Notes: generated by a model not told the origin, from the letters alone. A stretch of DNA of 64,000 bases from Rebecca billardiae RCC1528 (GCA_965240325.2 OZ251241.1:1178001-1242000), one strand, 5' to 3'. Positions 1-13,225 are shown, numbered from the stretch's first letter. Made by a program: numbers and translations.

Positions 1-441
1 CCCGCAACTGCGGTTTGCCGCCGCGGCGCGGCGATCGTCACACCGCCGTGCGCTGCGAGTGACCTCTGTGTCATGGCGAAGCACCATGGCAAGGCTAAGC
101 AGCATGCCTTGGCAACACCTTTCGCTACAGCTCAGCGCCCTAGTACGAACATGCGCCAACGACGTGCCATCCCTACTCCGCAATCGCGCCGGCACCCACC
201 ACCAGCGGGCAAGCCGCCATTTTACCCGGTTTTGGCGAATGTCGCCGTTGGGCTCTCGTAGAAATAAAACAGGCCGAGTGTCCTCAGGCCCGTCTACCGA
301 CTACCGTACTGCTCGGCACTACCGTGATACTTAGCAGACGATATATTTTGCTGCTGTCTGCTGATATTCATCATTGATCATCGAGCGCAGCAGTATGTTA
401 ATAATTCTGACAAGTCTCAGGCTCAGCCTAGCGGCCCGGAG

Positions 442-2037
442 TCAATCAGCGCTGCCGCCGCCACCCGCGCCCTTGCTGCCGGCCTGCTTTGCTGCTGCTG
501 AGCCTGAGGCCGCCGCCGCTGCGCCCTTCGCGCCGGCCGCGCCGCGCCCTCGCCGCGGGGCCGCGGCGGCGGGCTCGGGCTTCGCAGCCGGCGGCGCGCT
601 GCCGCCCGCGGCGCTCACCGCGCCCTGCTCGGCCAGCTCGCGCTCGAGCCGCGCCCACTCCGCCCGCTGCGCCTGAGCGACCGCCGCGTGCTCGCGCTCG
701 AAATCGGCGTCAGAGGGCAGCTTGAACTCCCAGCCGTGGCCCGGGCGCGCCGTCGCGATGCACTGCAGCATCTCGCGCGCGGCCTGCGTGGAAAGGCGGC
801 TGATCTCGGCGAACTGCTTCGTCGTGATCGTGCGCTCGCGCGTGAAGTGCAGCAGCAGCCGGTCGCGGCAGCGCGCCTCCTTCTCCGTTGCGCACACGAG
901 CGCCGACTTGGCCACCCAGCAGCCCTGCACGAGCACGCCGGCGTCCGCCGCGTCATCGAGCACCTGCTTGGGCGCGGTGCCGCACAGCTCGCACAGCCGG
1001 CGGAAGGACATGAGGTGCGTGTGCTTCAGGATCGCCGCGACGCGCTCGCCGGGCCGCATCTGCCGAAGGCCCTCCTTTGAGAGCCCCCTGTCGTCGCCGC
1101 CGACCGCCTGGTCCTGCGGCGCGGCGCGCGGCGCGGCGCGGGGCGGGCGCGGCGAGCTCGGCTGAGCGATGCGCGCCCGCCCTCCCGCCCGCCCGCTCCG
1201 CGCACGCGCGCGGGCGCGCACCTGCTCGAGGTCGATGGCGATGCTCAGCACGTCCCGAGCGGGCCTGCCGCACGCGAGCCGCTGCCCGTACTCCTCCACC
1301 GACATGTTGAAGGGCACGTGCGCCTTGGAGGAGCAGACGAGCTTGGCCGCGGCGGCCTCGCTCTCGTCCGAGCCGAACGGGTGGTGCGCGAGCACGCGCC
1401 ACTGCTCGCTCTCCCGGTCGTTGTGCAGCGTCGCGTACGACGTCTTCTTGCGCTCCATCGCACGCTCCGACTCGGGCCGCCGGAACTGCACGTGCAGCTC
1501 CATGGGCTGCTCCTCCTCGGCGGCGCCGGCGGGCTTCTCGTCGTCCGCGTCGTCGTCGGCCGCGCCCGGCCCGAGCCCGAGGCCGCCCTGCGCCGACTCC
1601 TGCCGCGCGCGCCCACCCGCCGTCGCCTTGGCGTCCTTCTCCTTGTCCTGCTTGCTGCGCTCGTGCTCGTCGTCGAGGTGCGCAAACGTCGGGCGCATCT
1701 GCAGCACGCCGTGGAGCGGCGTGAGGTGGAGCTTGCCGTCGGCGACGAGGCCGATGCAGTGGGTCGTCTGCGCGGGGACGAGCGTCGAGCTCATCGTGCT
1801 CCGCTCCATGGCGTGCCGCGTGGACGGATCGTAGTGCTCCGAGTCCTTGTCCATCGCGAGGTCGACCTGCAGCTGCTTGTGCTCCGGGCGGTGGCGCACC
1901 TCGGTGAGGGCGGACATGTCGTAGGGCCGCCCGCGCGGGCGCAGCGGGTACTGCAGCACGTGCAGCTGGTCGGCCAGGTCCTGCGTCAGGTAGACCTCCA
2001 TCTCCTCGACCACGTCGTCGCCCTTGACCGCCGCCAT
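442..2037 (-). CDS. POLR3E: RNA polymerase III subunit RPC5 (Sin-like/C37); likely in-frame intron 1114..1221
   Basis: N-terminus DDVVEEMEVYL..LHVLQYPLRP and GKLHLTPLHGVLQMRPTFAHLD, then GVLVQGCWVAKS and RCRDRLLLHF, match the Sin_N/RPC5 family. A low-complexity R/A stretch is bounded by CAG|GTGCGC and CCGCAG|GAC (108 nt, phase 0). Confidence 0.9.
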   Translation of the reverse strand: MAAVKGDDVVEEMEVYLTQDLADQLHVLQYPLRPRGRPYDMSALTEVRHRPEHKQLQVDLAMDKDSEHYDPSTRHAMERSTMSSTLVPAQTTHCIGLVADGKLHLTPLHGVLQMRPTFAHLDDEHERSKQDKEKDAKATAGGRARQESAQGGLGLGPGAADDDADDEKPAGAAEEEQPMELHVQFRRPESERAMERKKTSYATLHNDRESEQWRVLAHHPFGSDESEAAAAKLVCSSKAHVPFNMSVEEYGQRLACGRPARDVLSIAIDLEQVRARARARSGRAGGRARIAQPSSPRPPRAAPRAAPQDQAVGGDDRGLSKEGLRQMRPGERVAAILKHTHLMSFRRLCELCGTAPKQVLDDAADAGVLVQGCWVAKSALVCATEKEARCRDRLLLHFTRERTITTKQFAEISRLSTQAAREMLQCIATARPGHGWEFKLPSDADFEREHAAVAQAQRAEWARLERELAEQGAVSAAGGSAPPAAKPEPAAAAPRRGRGAAGAKGAAAAASGSAAAKQAGSKGAGGGGSAD

Positions 2038-4172
2038 CGTTTTCGCCGGGTCGTGGGAAAGCCGCGCTGGCGAGCCCGCGACCTGGGCCGGGCCTGGGCT
2101 CTCGTGAGCGCTCTGGCGCGGGCAGCCGGAGCGTCAGAGCAGCGCCCTGGGAGCGGCCTGATAGGAGTGCTCGGCCGGCTAACCATTTCCCTGCAGCCCT
2201 GCGTGGGCGCCGATCCGCGGGAGCTCTCATCAATTGTCGTCGCAGCTGAGTCCGACTTCTGCTCCGGGCAGCCGACCCGCGACACCCGGGAGTCACATCA
2301 GACGGCGGCCGGGACCGTACTACTTGTAGCCGGACCTACTTGTGTATCCAGGAATCTATCCATGCAGGACGGTGCGGCATACGCGCAGCAACTCGCGTGC
2401 CCGCATGCATGCGACCCCATGCATCCGCAACCCCCGCGAGGGCACGCCTCGCAGCTCCCCGTCAGATGCGCGCGGTGTCGCCGCCGCCGGCGGACCGTGT
2501 CGGATCGCCCGGCGCCCGTACTGCTGAGTGCTGATTCCGCTCCCGCGGTGCGGCGCGGTCGAGTGCGCACACTGGCGCCCGTGCTTCGGCCGTGCGAGAT
2601 TGAAAACGTCTTGCAAGGATGCCAGAACGGCCAACCAATCGGCCTCGGAGCACGCGCGTGCGCGGATTCGGTCCTGCCCACGCGTCCCATTCCCGCGTCC
2701 GTGTCCGCACTGGGGATGCACAGGGCACCCAGGGTCGGAGAAAATCGGCGCGCTTTTTATTTCCGCCTTGCATTTATTCAGCCGCGCGCTTCGCGGCGGC
2801 CGCGCGCGTCTCGGGCGAGCGGGCGACGGCGCCGCGCTCCCGTGCGTGTGGACGATCCCGCGAGCGCAGAGCCGGCGAGCTAGGCTGGGCAGTCGTGCTT
2901 AAGTGCCATGCGCCGCTTCGCGCCGCGCATCGCATTCGGCTGTACTTGCCTCGGGCCAGCATGTCTGTGCACACCGCCACACGGCCAGCCTCGCCCGCGT
3001 GCGCCATGCGAGGCGAGACAAACACGGAGCATGCGCTTCCGCGTGGCGAGGCCTACACTGTACGCACTGCGCTGCCTTGCGCCGCCGCGCATGAGCGCGG
3101 GTCCGAACAGCTGCGCTCAGGTGTGCTGATTGCATCATACGATTCGATCGGGTCGAACAAGCGCTCTGGCCCGACGATGACGTTGCAGCGCACGCCATGC
3201 TGATCTGCGGTGACGCGCAGCATGTGCGCTCGCGCGGAGTCGCCGCGCACGTGGCTGTTGTCCAGCTCTGCCTCGGCACTGACCTCCCTGACTTGTGCTC
3301 CGACGTCAACCTTGGCCCGAGGTAGTACGAACTACGAACATGCATGCGTACAATGCAAAACATACTCCTGAACGAGGCCCATGGCCTGCGTGTAAGTGCC
3401 TCCTCGGATGACACGGCGCGTGTATGAACGTGTGTACTACCTTGTCAAGCAGTACCTCACGCCTAGACGTTACTGTCGAACTTCACGGTGCGCATCGCGC
3501 ACACACGGTCAGCCTTGATGGACGCACCCGTGCAGCCGGATTCAGCATCAGCCTGCCCAAGACGTGAGCATCCAGCCCCGACGCCGCGTCCGGTGCCTGA
3601 ATGGCGCGCGCTCCTTTCACGCGGGTATGTGCTCACTACATCACTATCCAGAAGGGCGCATGTCAGTGCTTTTCATGCTCACACGACCCTCGCCGTAGGT
3701 CGATGCCAACCGCTGCGTGATGCTCGATCATGCCTTTTGACGGCTGTGTGACCCGTGCAGATGCGCATACCAGGCAGCGTACTGTGACGAGCGATGACGC
3801 GTGCATAAAGTACCCGGACATTGCCCAGTGCAACCAAGTGCCGGACGCCGACGCCGCTGCTCGCAGCACGCGTGCAGTCAGCCGAGGAATGCACACGAAT
3901 TCCTTTTTGTTGCGGCGCACGCGATGGCCTGAGGCGCGGCGGATGCAGTGACTCCGAATGGCGAGCGGCAGAACGACGCAAATGGCTGCTCTTCAGCCGC
4001 GCTCAACCACGCGCACCGCCTTCGCGGGCACGCAACTACCGCAGGAGTGCGCGCAGTCGGCGCCCATCTCGCCCTCCGGCGCCGCCCAGCGCGCTGTTAG
4101 TGCAGCCGCCAGCGGCAGAGGTTGGTGCCGGGCGGCCTCAGGCCGGCACCAACTTATTCGGAAAAGAAAATC

Positions 4173-5209
4173 CCAGACTTGGGAGTGACTGTGAGTGCAC
4201 GGTGCACTCACTCGGAGTGAGTGCACTTGGTGCACTCACTCCCGGACTCGCACGCACTCACTCGTCGGCGGCCCCCCGCCATCCGGACTCTGCACGCACT
4301 CACTTGGTGGCTGCCACCCTGTCGCACGCACTCACTCCATGGCATGAGGAGTGAGTGCGGCGCCGTCCCCGCCGCCGCGGGCCGCGCAACCGGCGCCGCG
4401 CGGCGCCGGCGCCGGCGCGGGGCCGGCGCGGGCCCGGCGCACGGGGCCGGCGCGGCGGCGCGCGTTCTGCCGCATTAGACCCTCCGGAGCTAAGCCGCGC
4501 TGCGCGCGGCAATGAGTCAGATGGCCCTATCTACACTGCTACTCTGCGCTATACTCTCACTCTCTGTCCGACTGTCATCCAAGTTGACACCACCAGCCTC
4601 CTCCTCGTCCGCTGCGCTGCCGGCATATACTCATATAGCCAGCCTCACCTCGCTCGATGCGGCACTCGAGCTCGGCCTCGATTCGCTTCCTCTTCGCAGG
4701 AGTGAGCGCGGCGATGTGCTTGCAGTCGCCCTTGGCCTTGGTCAGTCAGCAGCGCATCCTCGTTGAGTCGCGCACGACTGACAGGGCGCGCCCCATGGCC
4801 GGGCTCAGGAGCGGGAACGCTTATTAGTTAGCATTCTGCACTGCTGCATTCACAATGCGGCCAAAGAGGCGCTCGGGCTGTCAGATGAGAAACAGAAAAA
4901 ACTGGACGACGACTGAATGAATCAATTAAGTAGCCAGGCTATTTAATTTGAATTGCGTCACGACGGCGGCCGGTAATCCGATTGAATTGTTATTATATTG
5001 AATAATAATAATAATATTATAATGCGGTGCACTCGAGTGCACGCACTCACTGGCCGGCGGAGCCGGCCCCGCACGCACCGTCACTCGTTAGTCGTTCCTG
5101 CGCGGAGTCCTGGCGCCGCGCCAGCCGGACTCTGCACGCACTCACGCATGCCGGCTGCCTGGCACAGGCACGCACTCACTCGAAACCTGCACTCACTCCC
5201 AAGTCTGGA
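4173..5209. mobile_element. Putative non-autonomous element with clustered GCACTCAC(T) subterminal repeats
   Basis: CCAGACTTGGGAGTGA (4173-4188) is the reverse complement of TCACTCCCAAGTCTGG (5194-5209). Many GCACTCACT/GTGAGTGC copies lie at ~4185-4360 and ~5025-5200, and CCGGACTCTGCACGCACTCAC occurs in both clusters. No TSD identified. Confidence 0.45.
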
Positions 5210-6208
5210 AAATCCCCACCCGAAATTCCTGCGCCCAGTGGTGCCGGAGCCCACGCCACGGGCAAGGGACTCCCTCGCCACGGGAGCAGCCGCGAGTCCG
5301 GCCAACAACCGGTCAAAGCAAGGGCGGTAGGCGTCAATGGCCTTGAACCGGTGAAGCATAAAGGTACAGTCATTATGAGGGGAGTGCTTACCGGCTCGCG
5401 AACCGATGAACGACCGAACCGACGTGTATTTGTCTTCAACACTCATTCTTGAGAGGTGCGCGCACTTTCCGGAATGTCTTACATATGTGCGAACTCGTCT
5501 TTGAAACCGGAACTACATATCATCTTGGGGCGCTTCATGTAGTAATGTATGAGGCGGTTCGCTGTAATCAGGAGGCTCCCAAGTGACCCCAACCTCTAAT
5601 TTTCCCAACCCCTCGCAAGGTTGGAGAAGTTTTGGTGAGTATGAGTGCAGTAGGAGTAAAATTTGGCCGCGCAGTCCGATCGATGTGGGCAGTGCCGATC
5701 ACTCCTGAGCTGATTAAATTGCCTGATCACATTTCATATTCAAAGTTCAAGCATCTCTATTACCCAGCTTATGTGCCGTAGTCAAGTGGTACCAAGGCGG
5801 GTTCGGCAACACATGGTAATGTTGCAGTCCGTGTGCTTGGAGGTAGGGATCTTGTCATCCTCACGATAATCAGCCGGTCCAACCACACCCGGATTCATCA
5901 CACTCCCGTAGTTTCCATGCCCTTGGGCGCAGAAGTTGTTAACGCTTCTTACTTGGCTGAAAATGATTGACGCCGGGTCAGCCGTGAGTAAGAAGAAAGT
6001 ATGGACCAGCACAAACTGCGCTGATTCGCTGAGAAGAAGGCCGAAACTTTTCAACCACCGTAGCTAGATAGCGCCGCTTCGCACCCACGCACGCGAGGGT
6101 CGAGCGAAGGTCGACGAAGAGCGCAGAAGCCAAGCGTGAGCCAAGTAGCAGTGAAGTAAGGGCCAGGACGATTCGCACGGCACCACCCCCCTGCCGCGCG
6201 ACGGCAAC

Positions 6209-9114
6209 ATGAACTCGAGCAAGCGCCGGCGCAAGGGCCGGCAGATCGACCTACAGGACGTGGCGTCCGACCCGCGGCCCGGCATGACGGCGCCGTGCGC
6301 CGTACGCTTCTCTAGCGACGACAGCCTCGTCGGCTACCTGCTGTGCAAGCCCGGCTCGCACGGGCAGCAGCTGTTTGTGAACGACGTGCTGCCGACCGGC
6401 GTGGTGAGCGCGCCCAAACAGTTCGTGCGGCACGACGTGGGCGACGCGCCGGAGCAGCGGCTCTCGCTCGAAGAGCGATTACGCCGCGAGCGCGCGCGCT
6501 CGTGGGGCCTCGGCGTGACGGCGTACGCGTGGGGCGAGCAGAGCAAGCTCGCGATGCTGCACATCAACGGCAGCGTCTACGTGCAGCACGGCCCGGCCGG
6601 CGAGCTGCTCTGCGCGGTGGATGCGGAGCAGGCGCAGGCGGGCGGCGGGCCGCCCGCGCCGATCATCGACCCGCGCCTCTCGCCCGACGAGGCGAGCCTC
6701 GCCTTCGTGCGCGGCGGCGAGGTGCACGTGATGGCCGTGCCCGGCAGCAAGCGCGGCGCGGCGCGGCCAAAGCCGACGCAGGTCACGCACGGCGCGAGCA
6801 AGGAGCGGTGCGTGACGCACGGGCTCGCCGAGTTCTGCGCGCAGGAGGAGATGCAGCGCTCGCACGGCTACTGGTGGTCCCGCGACTCCGACTGGATCTG
6901 CTTCCAGGAGACCGACGAGGCGCACATGCCCGCGTTCTCGATCGCGCAGCACGCCGACCAGTCGAGCGCCGCGCCAGAGGTCCACCGCTACCCGTTCGCG
7001 GGCGGGCCGAACCCGACGGTGCGCCTCGGCGTGGTCCCCGCGCGCGGCAACGGCACCGCCGCGCCGCTCTGGCTCGACCTCGGCCTCGGCCTCACCGCGT
7101 GGCACTACGCGAGCTCGTCGCCCGCGTCGGCCACGCCCGCGCCGCCCGACACGAGCGGCGAGGCGGGCTCGGAGACGGCCGGCAGCGGCGAGCGCTTCGC
7201 CGACGGGTACGTCGCCGCGGTGCTGTGGTCGGACGAGGGCGAGCTGTGGGTGCAGGTGCAGGACCGCTCGCAGCGCGTCCTGCGGCTCCTCCGCTTCTCC
7301 GCGCCCGGCGGCAGCTGGCTCGCGCGCGCGGCCGACGCGCCGCCGCTGCAGGGCACGCTCGTGCTCGAGGAGCGCGCTCACGAGTACTGGGTGAATCTGC
7401 ACCGCTGCTTCCGCACGCTGAAGCAGACGGGGCACTTCGTCTGGGCGTCGGAGCGCTCGGGGCACCTGCACCTCTACATGCACACGCGCGAGGGCGCGTG
7501 CCTCGGCGCCATCACCGCCGGCGCGTGGGTGGTGGACAGCCTGTGCGCGGTCGACGAGACGCGAGGCCTCGTCTACTTTGCCGCGTCGCTCGGCGACGCG
7601 CGGCAGCGCAACTTGTTCTCGGCGCCGCTCACGGTGCTCGGCGGCGCGGGCGCGTCGGGCTCGGGCGGCGCGTCGGGCTCGGGCGGCGCGTCGGGCTCGG
7701 GGGGCGGCGCGTCGGGCTCGGGGGGCAGCAGCGACGAGGGCGGCGGCGCGTCGGAGGTGGGCGGCGGCGGCAGCGGCGGCGGCGGCAGCGGCAGCGGCAG
7801 CGGCGCTGGGAGCGCACCCAAGGCGGCGCCCAACAACGTGTTCGTCACGCGCGCGGACTCGGTGGCGAGCCTGGCCTCGACGAACCCGCGCGACGGCAAC
7901 GGCCACGGCAGCAAGGCGAGCGCCCGCCGCCGCGCCGCCGACGCGGTCACGACCTCGCCCACGCGGCTGACGCTGCTTGACGGCTGGCACGACGTGCGGC
8001 TCAACCGCGCGCTCACGCAGTTTGTCGACGTGTACAGCTCGAACAAGACGCCGTTCCGCGTCTCGCTGCACAACCTCACGGACGGCACGCTGCTCGCGCT
8101 GCTCTTCGAGAACTCCGACCCGCGCGTCACGAAGCTCTCGCTTCCGGTGCCCGAGCCGATCACGCTGCTCAACCGCTCGGGCGTCGAGCTGCACGGCATG
8201 CTCTACCGCCCGGCGACGCACGGCGGCACGCCGACGGGCGGCGGCGTGCAGCCGCTGATCGTCTCGTGCTACGGCGGGCCGGACGTGCAGATCGTGACCA
8301 ACACGTGGGGCGCAACCGCGGCGATGCGCGAGCAGCTCCTCGCACAGGTGCGCCCGCGCCCGCGAGCACCGCCACGGCGCCCAACGGGTCGCGCGCGCGC
8401 GCGCGCGCGCGCTCGTGCTCGACTGCGCGCCGGCGCGGCGCGCGACGCGCGCCGCGCTCACCGCCGCCCCGCGCGCCGCGCCGCACGCGCGGTCTGTGCC
8501 GCACGCAGGAGGGCTTTTTGGTCCTGCGGCTGGACAACCGGGGCTCGGGCAGGCGTGGCGTCGCCTTCGTCGCGGCGCTGCACAAGAACATGGGCTCGGC
8601 CGAGGTCGAGGACCAGGTGGACGGCGTGCAGCACCTCGTGAAGCTCGGGCTCGCCGACCCGACGCGCATCGGCATCATCGGCTGGTCGTACGGCGGCTAC
8701 CTCGCGCTGATGTGCCTCGCGCGCGCGCCGACGATCTTCTCGGCGGGCATCGCCGGCGCGCCTGTCACCAGCTGGGACGGCTACGACACGCACTACACCG
8801 AGCGGTACATGGGGCATCCGAAGGAGAACGCCGAAGCGTACACGCGCGCGTCGGTGCTCACGCACATCGGCGGCATGACGCCGCGCACCAAGCTGCTGCT
8901 CGTGCATGGGCTGCTCGACGAGAACGTGCACTTTCGGCACACCGCGCGGCTGATCGACATGCTGATCAAGAAGCGCATCAAGTACCAGCTGCTGCTCTTC
9001 CCGAACGAGCGGCACACGCCGCGCGGGCACGCCGATCGCGTCTACATGGAGGAGGGGATCCTCGAGTTCTTCCAGAAGACGCTGCTCGACGACAACGCCA
9101 AATCGTCCCCGTGA
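6209..9114 (+). CDS. Dipeptidyl peptidase IV/8/9-like serine peptidase (S9B); exons 6209..8347 and 8509..9114
   Basis: Beta-propeller motifs [14 protein letters not shown] and [11 protein letters not shown]; catalytic [15 protein letters not shown] and FPNERH. Intron CAG|GTGCGC..CGCAG|GAG (8348..8508) joins ORFs 6209 and 8266 as LLAQ|EGFL. No signal peptide. Confidence 0.92.
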
Positions 9115-10820
9115 GCGCACGGGCGTGTGCACGGAGGGACGCGGCGCTCTCACAGCAGTGAGCGTGCCCGACAGTCTGCGGCGCCGTGTCCGCCACCTAA
9201 AAAGTGCGGCCTGGCGCCCTGGCTTTTCCGTGGCCGGGTTCTTTTCACGGTAAAACCCGGGTACGGCAAAAGGTAAACCCGGAGCAATAATGGGCGATTC
9301 AGGCTTCCAGCACTCTCCGCGGATCTCATCTTTGAAAGATCGATTATTCATTCATACATTAGTTGGAAGGTTCCAGCGGAACATTCTGCCGCCATCTTTG
9401 CCGGATTGCTCGTCGTCATTATTTGCAACGTATCAGCAACAACTCGAGGAAAAAGATCCGCGGTGAATAACAGCGACAGTGACCAACTTAGCAACGACCG
9501 GGCATCTGATGAGGAGACTGACGATGTGCCCATGCGTGACGACCAGCCGGGGTCATCGTGCGGCGCTGAAGCCTGGCCAGACCTGTGACTCAGTGGTCAC
9601 GGCACCTGACCGCGCTGACCTACCCGAGTACCCGCGCCTCACGCGGCCGCACGGCGTCTGTACAGTACGGTGCGTCCGACCAGGTCGCCTCCAAGTCCAG
9701 CACGAGCCGCAAGTTAAGGTGGCGCGCTCCTTCCGCTTCAATGCCGATTCAGATTTGACACCTGGCATCAATGGTCCAGTGAGCTGCGGCTGCTGCAGCC
9801 GCAACGTGCTGGCGCGGCGAGACAGTGGACCTAGAAAGACCACTAAGCACCATGGCTCACTCGTGCAGCATCCGCACGGCGCGCGCACAAAGAGTTCAGA
9901 GCGTAACGCAGGGCGACGCGCGCGCGCGGCGAGCGAGCCGGGCAACCACCGCCCGCCTCCACATTCAGCCCCCGCGCGCGCGGCGCGCACCATGACCATC
10001 CGCCCCAGTGCCATAGCGCGCAGCGCCTGCAGCGGTCGCACCTGGGTCGTTGGACGTATGCCGTGGCGCGGGCGCAGCGCGGCGATGCCGCGCTTGCTTC
10101 TCCCGAGGGCCTGAGGCCCCCACGCGCGGAGGACTCCGCGCGCGCGCCCCGCCTGATGTGCGCGCGGCGCGCGGCCGCAGCGCGCGGCGGGGCGCTGGCC
10201 ATCGAGCCTCCATGCGCCGGGCCGTTGCGCGGTGCCGCCTGCTGTGCATATCGGTCTCGTCAGATGCGTGCTCGGTCTCGTCAATCGTTACCCGCGTCGC
10301 TTGCGGCAGGCACCCCCCCCCCCCCCCCCCACCCCCACCGAGCGGGCGCGCGCGCCCGGTACGAGAGGTAGACTCCCACATCGTGCCTCCACACCCCGCC
10401 CGCGCCAGCGCACCCGCCCCTGGCGCTCTTCCCGCTCGTCGGCGGCGCTGGGCACCCGAGCCGAGCCGAACGCGTGCACGGCGCACGCCGCAGCGCGGCG
10501 CGACGGGCGCGGCGCGGCGCGCTCGGGATTTTCCGAAGGAGGGCTTTGAGCGTACGGGCCGACGCGCCCCACTCGCGGCGCGCTCCGCCCGCGCCCCGCC
10601 AAATGCGCGTCCATAGACGAGGCGCGGGTCGACACGCTGGGGTGCTCGGCGCGGCCGTCAACAGGGCCCACCCCCAGTGTTGATGAGCGTCCCCGGATTC
10701 CCTTGTCCGGACTCTCCTCCGCGGGGGCGGCCGTCCCGTCGAAACGGACGCACGTGCCCCCCCGCGGAACACATCATTTTTGATTTTTCCGCGCGGTTTG
10801 AACTCGCGTCCGGCCGCGCA

Positions 10821-11573
10821 ATGGAGCTGCTCGACGCCCTGCCAGGCACCTGTGAGCTCGCACTGGTGCTTGATCTAGTAGGTGACGACGACGTCCTGGC
10901 CTGCGCGCTTGTGACCAGCCGATTCTACCAGGCGCTGACGACGGGGAGGCGATTGGGTGCCAACGGGACGCGCCATGTGACGAGTGCGCGCGCCGCTGTC
11001 GCATCGCGAGCGCGGCTTTGCTGGGCTGTCGAAATCGGATGCCCCCTGAGCACGGATCAGGTGTGTCGAGCGGCGGCCGCGACGGGTGATGTGCGGCTCG
11101 TTGCGCTCGCGAACGACTTCGGCTTTGCCTGGGCGAGCGACGTGCTCGAGGTCGCTGCGCGCAACGGGCACGTCGAGGTGTACACATACGCGCGCGCGCA
11201 CGCGCCTCACGCCGCCCTCACGTCCTCGACCCTGCAGCTGGTCCTCGCCGCGGCGGATGGCGGGCATGTGCGCATGCTGAGCGCACTTCACGAGGAGGCC
11301 CCGATCTGCGGGGCTTACGCCCGCGCCTGCGTGTGGAGAGCGGCGAGCAGCGGCCGCGTGGGTGTGCTGCAGTGGCTGTGCTCGCAGGGTGCCACCTTTG
11401 ACGCCCTGGCTGTCGAGGCCGCGGCAAGAGCGACGCAGTTCGATGCGCTGCGCTTCCTCATGCGCGAGGCGCAAGCACGGGGCGCATACGAGGCCGCGCG
11501 TGAGACAGTGATGCGCTCGGGGTCGCAAGAGCTCGCACGGTGGCTGCCGCTGATGCCGATGGCAGATGAATAA
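10821..11573 (+). CDS. Ankyrin-like repeat protein with a possible F-box-like N-terminus
   Basis: Repeated AA..GH/GR..vl.w/y motifs (AARNGHVEVYTY, AADGGHVRMLSAL, AASSGRVGVLQWL) and LCWAVEIGCP. ATG at 10821. Confidence 0.7.
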   Translation: MELLDALPGTCELALVLDLVGDDDVLACALVTSRFYQALTTGRRLGANGTRHVTSARAAVASRARLCWAVEIGCPLSTDQVCRAAAATGDVRLVALANDFGFAWASDVLEVAARNGHVEVYTYARAHAPHAALTSSTLQLVLAAADGGHVRMLSALHEEAPICGAYARACVWRAASSGRVGVLQWLCSQGATFDALAVEAAARATQFDALRFLMREAQARGAYEAARETVMRSGSQELARWLPLMPMADE

Positions 11574-13224
11574 ATAAATAATAAATGATGATGATGACTC
11601 ATCATCAATGTCAATGACAATCTGATGAGCTGGCGGCAGCCGCGGCAAGGCGGGTGGCCCCGGTGATTGCGAATCATCCGCGGCGGCTTCGGCCGGTTAC
11701 CCGGTAACTACTGCGGTATTGCTATACAGTATTATTAAGGCGGCCTATAGGCAGTGCGCGTCTAGCGCTGCGCGCTCACCTTGACTGCCCCCCAGCCCCG
11801 TTTTTGGCCGCACGATTGCGAATCTCAGAGTTACTTGGCCAGTCAATGTTTAGAGTTTTGAAGAAGGCGAAAGACTATCTGGCGGCCGAAACGAGGGACG
11901 GCTGTCCCGATGGCGTTCCGGCCGCGAAGTCCGCCGGTGCCTTGCCCGAGGGCGGCCGATCAGTGGCGCCTAGCCCGGTCGTCCGCGCGGTTGTGTCAGC
12001 GCACGCGCCATGTGTGTGCCCCCCGCTGTCACGGCATGTTGTGCGCCAGCACCGTGGGAGCTCCTCGCCTGTTCCTGTCACTCACGGCCAAGCGACGGTG
12101 CAGAGATCTTCAGTCCGAGCCCGCGACTGCTGAACTTCTGTGATACGTGTGCGAATCCTTGCAGAAAAGCACGCTCTGCTCCCGCAAATCTACCTGGCGA
12201 ACGTGCGCTGGTGTCAATACTTCACGCAGTGCACAAATGCCATGGCGAATCAGTCTTCCCTGCGTGTCACAGGCCTTGGCGTTTGCACATCGATAAGCTA
12301 ACGGAGACGAGTCCCGACGAGCTGCGTATGGCTGTGGTCGCATGTAGTGTGGGCGTCGAACGCCGGAGAAGGTGGTGGCTGAAGGCGATAGAAGTATGCT
12401 CTCCCATCGGGTACAAGCCAGGCTTGGAAGACGTCTGCTTGCATCACACACACAGCTTACGCCGACCCGTGCGACGTGAAGCGCCTCAAGCGTGACGGAA
12501 GCAACCCAAGGTGCGCGCAAGGCGTGAGGAGCAGGGTGATCTAACCTTACGCGGGCCTGCTCATCTAGCAGCGCACTCAGTAGATCGCCCCCGTCCTCAG
12601 GCGCACGATGACCACCGAATCGTGAATGTGTAGACGCTGACGCGTGCCAGCTTGCGGCGAGCAGCGACCGAGTGCCGCGGACTCGGGCCTCGCGCAAGAA
12701 CAAGCAGGTTTTTTTGGCGCGGAGGACGCTAGCATGACCTGCACGTACAGCGGGGAGATTGTTTGCAAGGCGTGCCCTACATACAGCTCGCGTGCCCCTC
12801 AGATATCCCGCGCGGAGAACGTCAGCAGCCCAGCATCGCAGTCCGCGCCGCAGACCCAACCACTCAGCTCCGCCCCTCGCCCACCACGAGACGGCGAGAT
12901 ACCGACGAAGTGGAACGGAGCGAGCTCTATTTCCTATCGGGGCTCGCGGGAGCCGATGTGATCATTTTTCATTGAGCGAAGCCCGAGCTGGCTTCCCATT
13001 GGACGGATTGGCGGCTGCGCTACTCCGCAAGGCGAAACACTTACAGCTTCACATCCCGAAAATGCAAGTTTGGACAATAGAGTGAGGCACCCTCCTCCAA
13101 TGAAATTGCTGAAAATCCCGACGAAACTTTACTGACGTACGTCAGTAAACGCAATCTCCGGGAGATATGGCCATTTCCGCCCACTGGGGTCATTCAAGGT
13201 GGTTTCATTATTGACATTAGAAGC

Positions 13225-13225
<1 letters not shown>

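Noticed and set aside
1318-2883. Long ORFs antisense or frame-shifted to real genes (1318..2883, 6479..8461, 32360..34024, 37393..39486, 48167..49651, 51773..53122, 61345..63372)
   Set aside because: Shadow ORFs expected at very high GC; Arg/Ala/Gly-rich with no motifs and overlapping well-supported genes.
5782-6178. Signal-peptide-like short minus-strand ORFs divergent from the DPP gene
   Set aside because: Short, broken across frames, GTG/TTG starts and no recognisable domain; at most a relic.
7635-7810. GGASGS tandem repeats in the DPP gene as a possible intron or mobile insert
   Set aside because: In frame with no convincing splice sites; treated as a low-complexity loop.
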